Assembly (NCBI RefSeq): GCF_036321535.1
Contig: NC_087436.1
Location: 1,612,001-1,676,000, forward strand
Direction of reading: 5' to 3'
Origin: Camelus dromedarius
Taxonomy: Eukaryota
DNA: 64,000 bases
Shown: one piece after another, positions 62,901-64,000 of the stretch
Layout of the letters: every line of letters starts with the position of its first letter
How positions within the stretch are numbered: position 1 is the first letter of the stretch
Translations under genes and position numbers: made by a program
Notes under the pieces: model-generated
The model's database searches: none
What the model saw: the letters and a program-made list of their open reading frames with translations, nothing else
What the model was told of the DNA's origin: nothing

Positions 62901-64000
62901 TGGAGAGACGTTCGTTTATCTAGAACAAAGGGTATGGGTTGCAGGAGAAACTATTTCTCTGGTTTCTCAGTGTGTTTCCTAGTGCCATTTTGAATTTCCT
63001 GCAGTTTTCACTGTAAAACAGAGTTGGAGTTATTACCTCCCCATATATATGTATGGAGTGGAGTTTGCAACTGAAAAGAAACTTTGTGTTCCCAACAAGC
63101 TAGGTGAAGGACGGCTTTCACACACAATTATCTCTCAGAACTGAGCATGTGGAGAGAAGTTCGTTCATCTAGCACAAAGGGAACGGGTTGCAGGAGAAAC
63201 TTTTACTCTGGTTTCTCAGTCTGTTTCCTAGTGCCGATTTGAAGTTCCAGCAGTTTTCACTGTAAAACAGAGATGGTGTTAGTACCTCCTCATATATATG
63301 TATGGAGTGGATTTTGCAACTGAAAAGAAACTTTGTGTTCCTAACAAGCTAGGTGAAGTTCGGCTTTCATACACACTTATCTCTCAGAACTGAGCATGTG
63401 GAGTGACGTTCGTTCATCTAGCACAAATGGAACGGGTTTCAGGAGAAATTTTACTCTGGTTTCTCAGTCTGTTTCCTACTGCCGGTTTGATGTTCCTGCA
63501 GTTTTCACTGTAAAACCGAGTTGGAGCTCGTACCTCCCCATATATATGTATGGAGTGGTGTTTACAAGTGAAAAGAAACTTTGTGTTCCCAACAAGCTAG
63601 GTGAAGGATGGCTTTCAAACACACTTATCTCTGAGAACTGAGCATGTGGAGAGAAGTTCGTTCATCTAGCACAAAGGGAACTGTTTGAAGGAGAAACTTT
63701 TACTCTGGTTTCTCAGTCTGTTTCCTACTGACGGTTTGAATTTCCTGCAGTTTTCACTGTAAAACGGATTTGGAGCTAGTACCTCCCCATATATATATAT
63801 GGAGTGGAATTTTTAACTGAAAAGAATCTTTGTGTTCCCAACAAGCTAGGTGAAGGACGGCTTTCACACACACTTATCTCTCAGAACTGAGCATGTGGAG
63901 AGACTTTCGTTCATCTAGCACAAAGGGAACGTGTTGCAAGTGAAAATTTTACTCTGGTTTCTCAGACTGTTTCCTAGTGCCTGTTTGAAGTTCCTGCATT
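56920..64000. repeat. Young 8-monomer higher-order repeat (1,989 bp) with a 6-mer variant; runs off the window end
   Basis: Marker GACGATCG at 56941, 58433, 60422 and 62411 (spacings 1,492, 1,989, 1,989). Identical ORFs at 59418, 61407 and 63396. Confidence 0.92.

Larger units (their letters stand above)
1..64000. repeat. Tandem satellite DNA array, ~249-bp monomer, ~257 copies, single orientation; probable centromeric/pericentromeric satellite (family not identified)
   Basis: Approximate consensus CTCAGAACTGAGCATGTGGAGAGACGTTCGTTCATCTAGCACAAAGGGAACGGGTTGCAGGAGAAACTTTTACTCTGGTTTCTCAGTCTGTTTCCTA(C/G)TGCCGGTTTGAAGTTCCTGCAGTTTTCACTGTAAAACCGAGTTGGAGCTAGTACCTCCCCATATATATGTATGGAGTGGAGTTTGCAACTGAAAAGAAACTTTGTGTTCCCAACAAGCTAGGTGAAGGACGGCTTTCACACACACTTATCT recurs every ~249 bp from the first base to the last, with no intervening unique sequence. 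The satellite call is direct; the centromeric location is inference. Confidence 0.98.

Noticed and set aside
21..63641. About 70 short ORFs (60-144 aa) on both strands with similar translations
   Set aside because: They are translations of the satellite monomer. Because 249 is divisible by 3, frames recur, and an ORF appears wherever a TAG or TGA is mutated. They show no recognisable domain or gene structure, and frameshifts and stops occur freely.
1..64000. CRISPR-like or other repeat-spacer array
   Set aside because: There are no unique spacers; the entire 249-bp unit is repeated, and no cas-like ORFs are present.
1..64000. Tandem 5S rRNA, tRNA, snRNA or SINE array
   Set aside because: I recognise no 5S, tRNA or snRNA sequence and no convincing Pol III A/B box pair. 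An Rfam/Dfam search of the consensus would be decisive.
1..64000. Primate alpha satellite (faint resemblance of TCTCAGAACTG...TTCATCT)
   Set aside because: The period is ~249 bp rather than ~171 or ~340 bp, and the resemblance is limited to a few short words. No family assignment is supportable without a database search.
1..64000. Transposon insertions or strand inversions within the array
   Set aside because: None seen. Monomer phase and orientation are continuous, and the largest non-monomer indels I noticed are 1-2 bp.

Overview
The whole 64 kb window is one uninterrupted head-to-tail satellite DNA array. It holds about 257 monomers of about 249 bp (247-251), all in the same orientation, and looks like a eukaryotic centromeric or pericentromeric satellite. 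I see no genes, RNA genes, transposons or CRISPR. The ORF-track entries are recurring translations of the monomer. The information lies in the order of monomer variants. (1) A near-identical tandem duplication of 60 and 61 monomers spans ~3.6-33.6 kb (period 14,911 bp, then 15,160 bp). (2) Nested 13-, 25-, 12-, 6-, 4-, 2- and 1-monomer duplications and deletions occur, with hybrid monomers at the junctions. (3) A more heterogeneous mosaic domain covers ~37.6-56.9 kb. (4) A young 8-monomer higher-order repeat (HOR, 1,989 bp) sits at the right end. The monomer carries several dyad symmetries, traces of a possible ancestral ~125-bp dimer and a split CENP-B-box-like motif. I cannot name the organism or satellite family from the sequence alone. 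Periods were read by eye from diagnostic variants and ORF-track offsets, not from an alignment.
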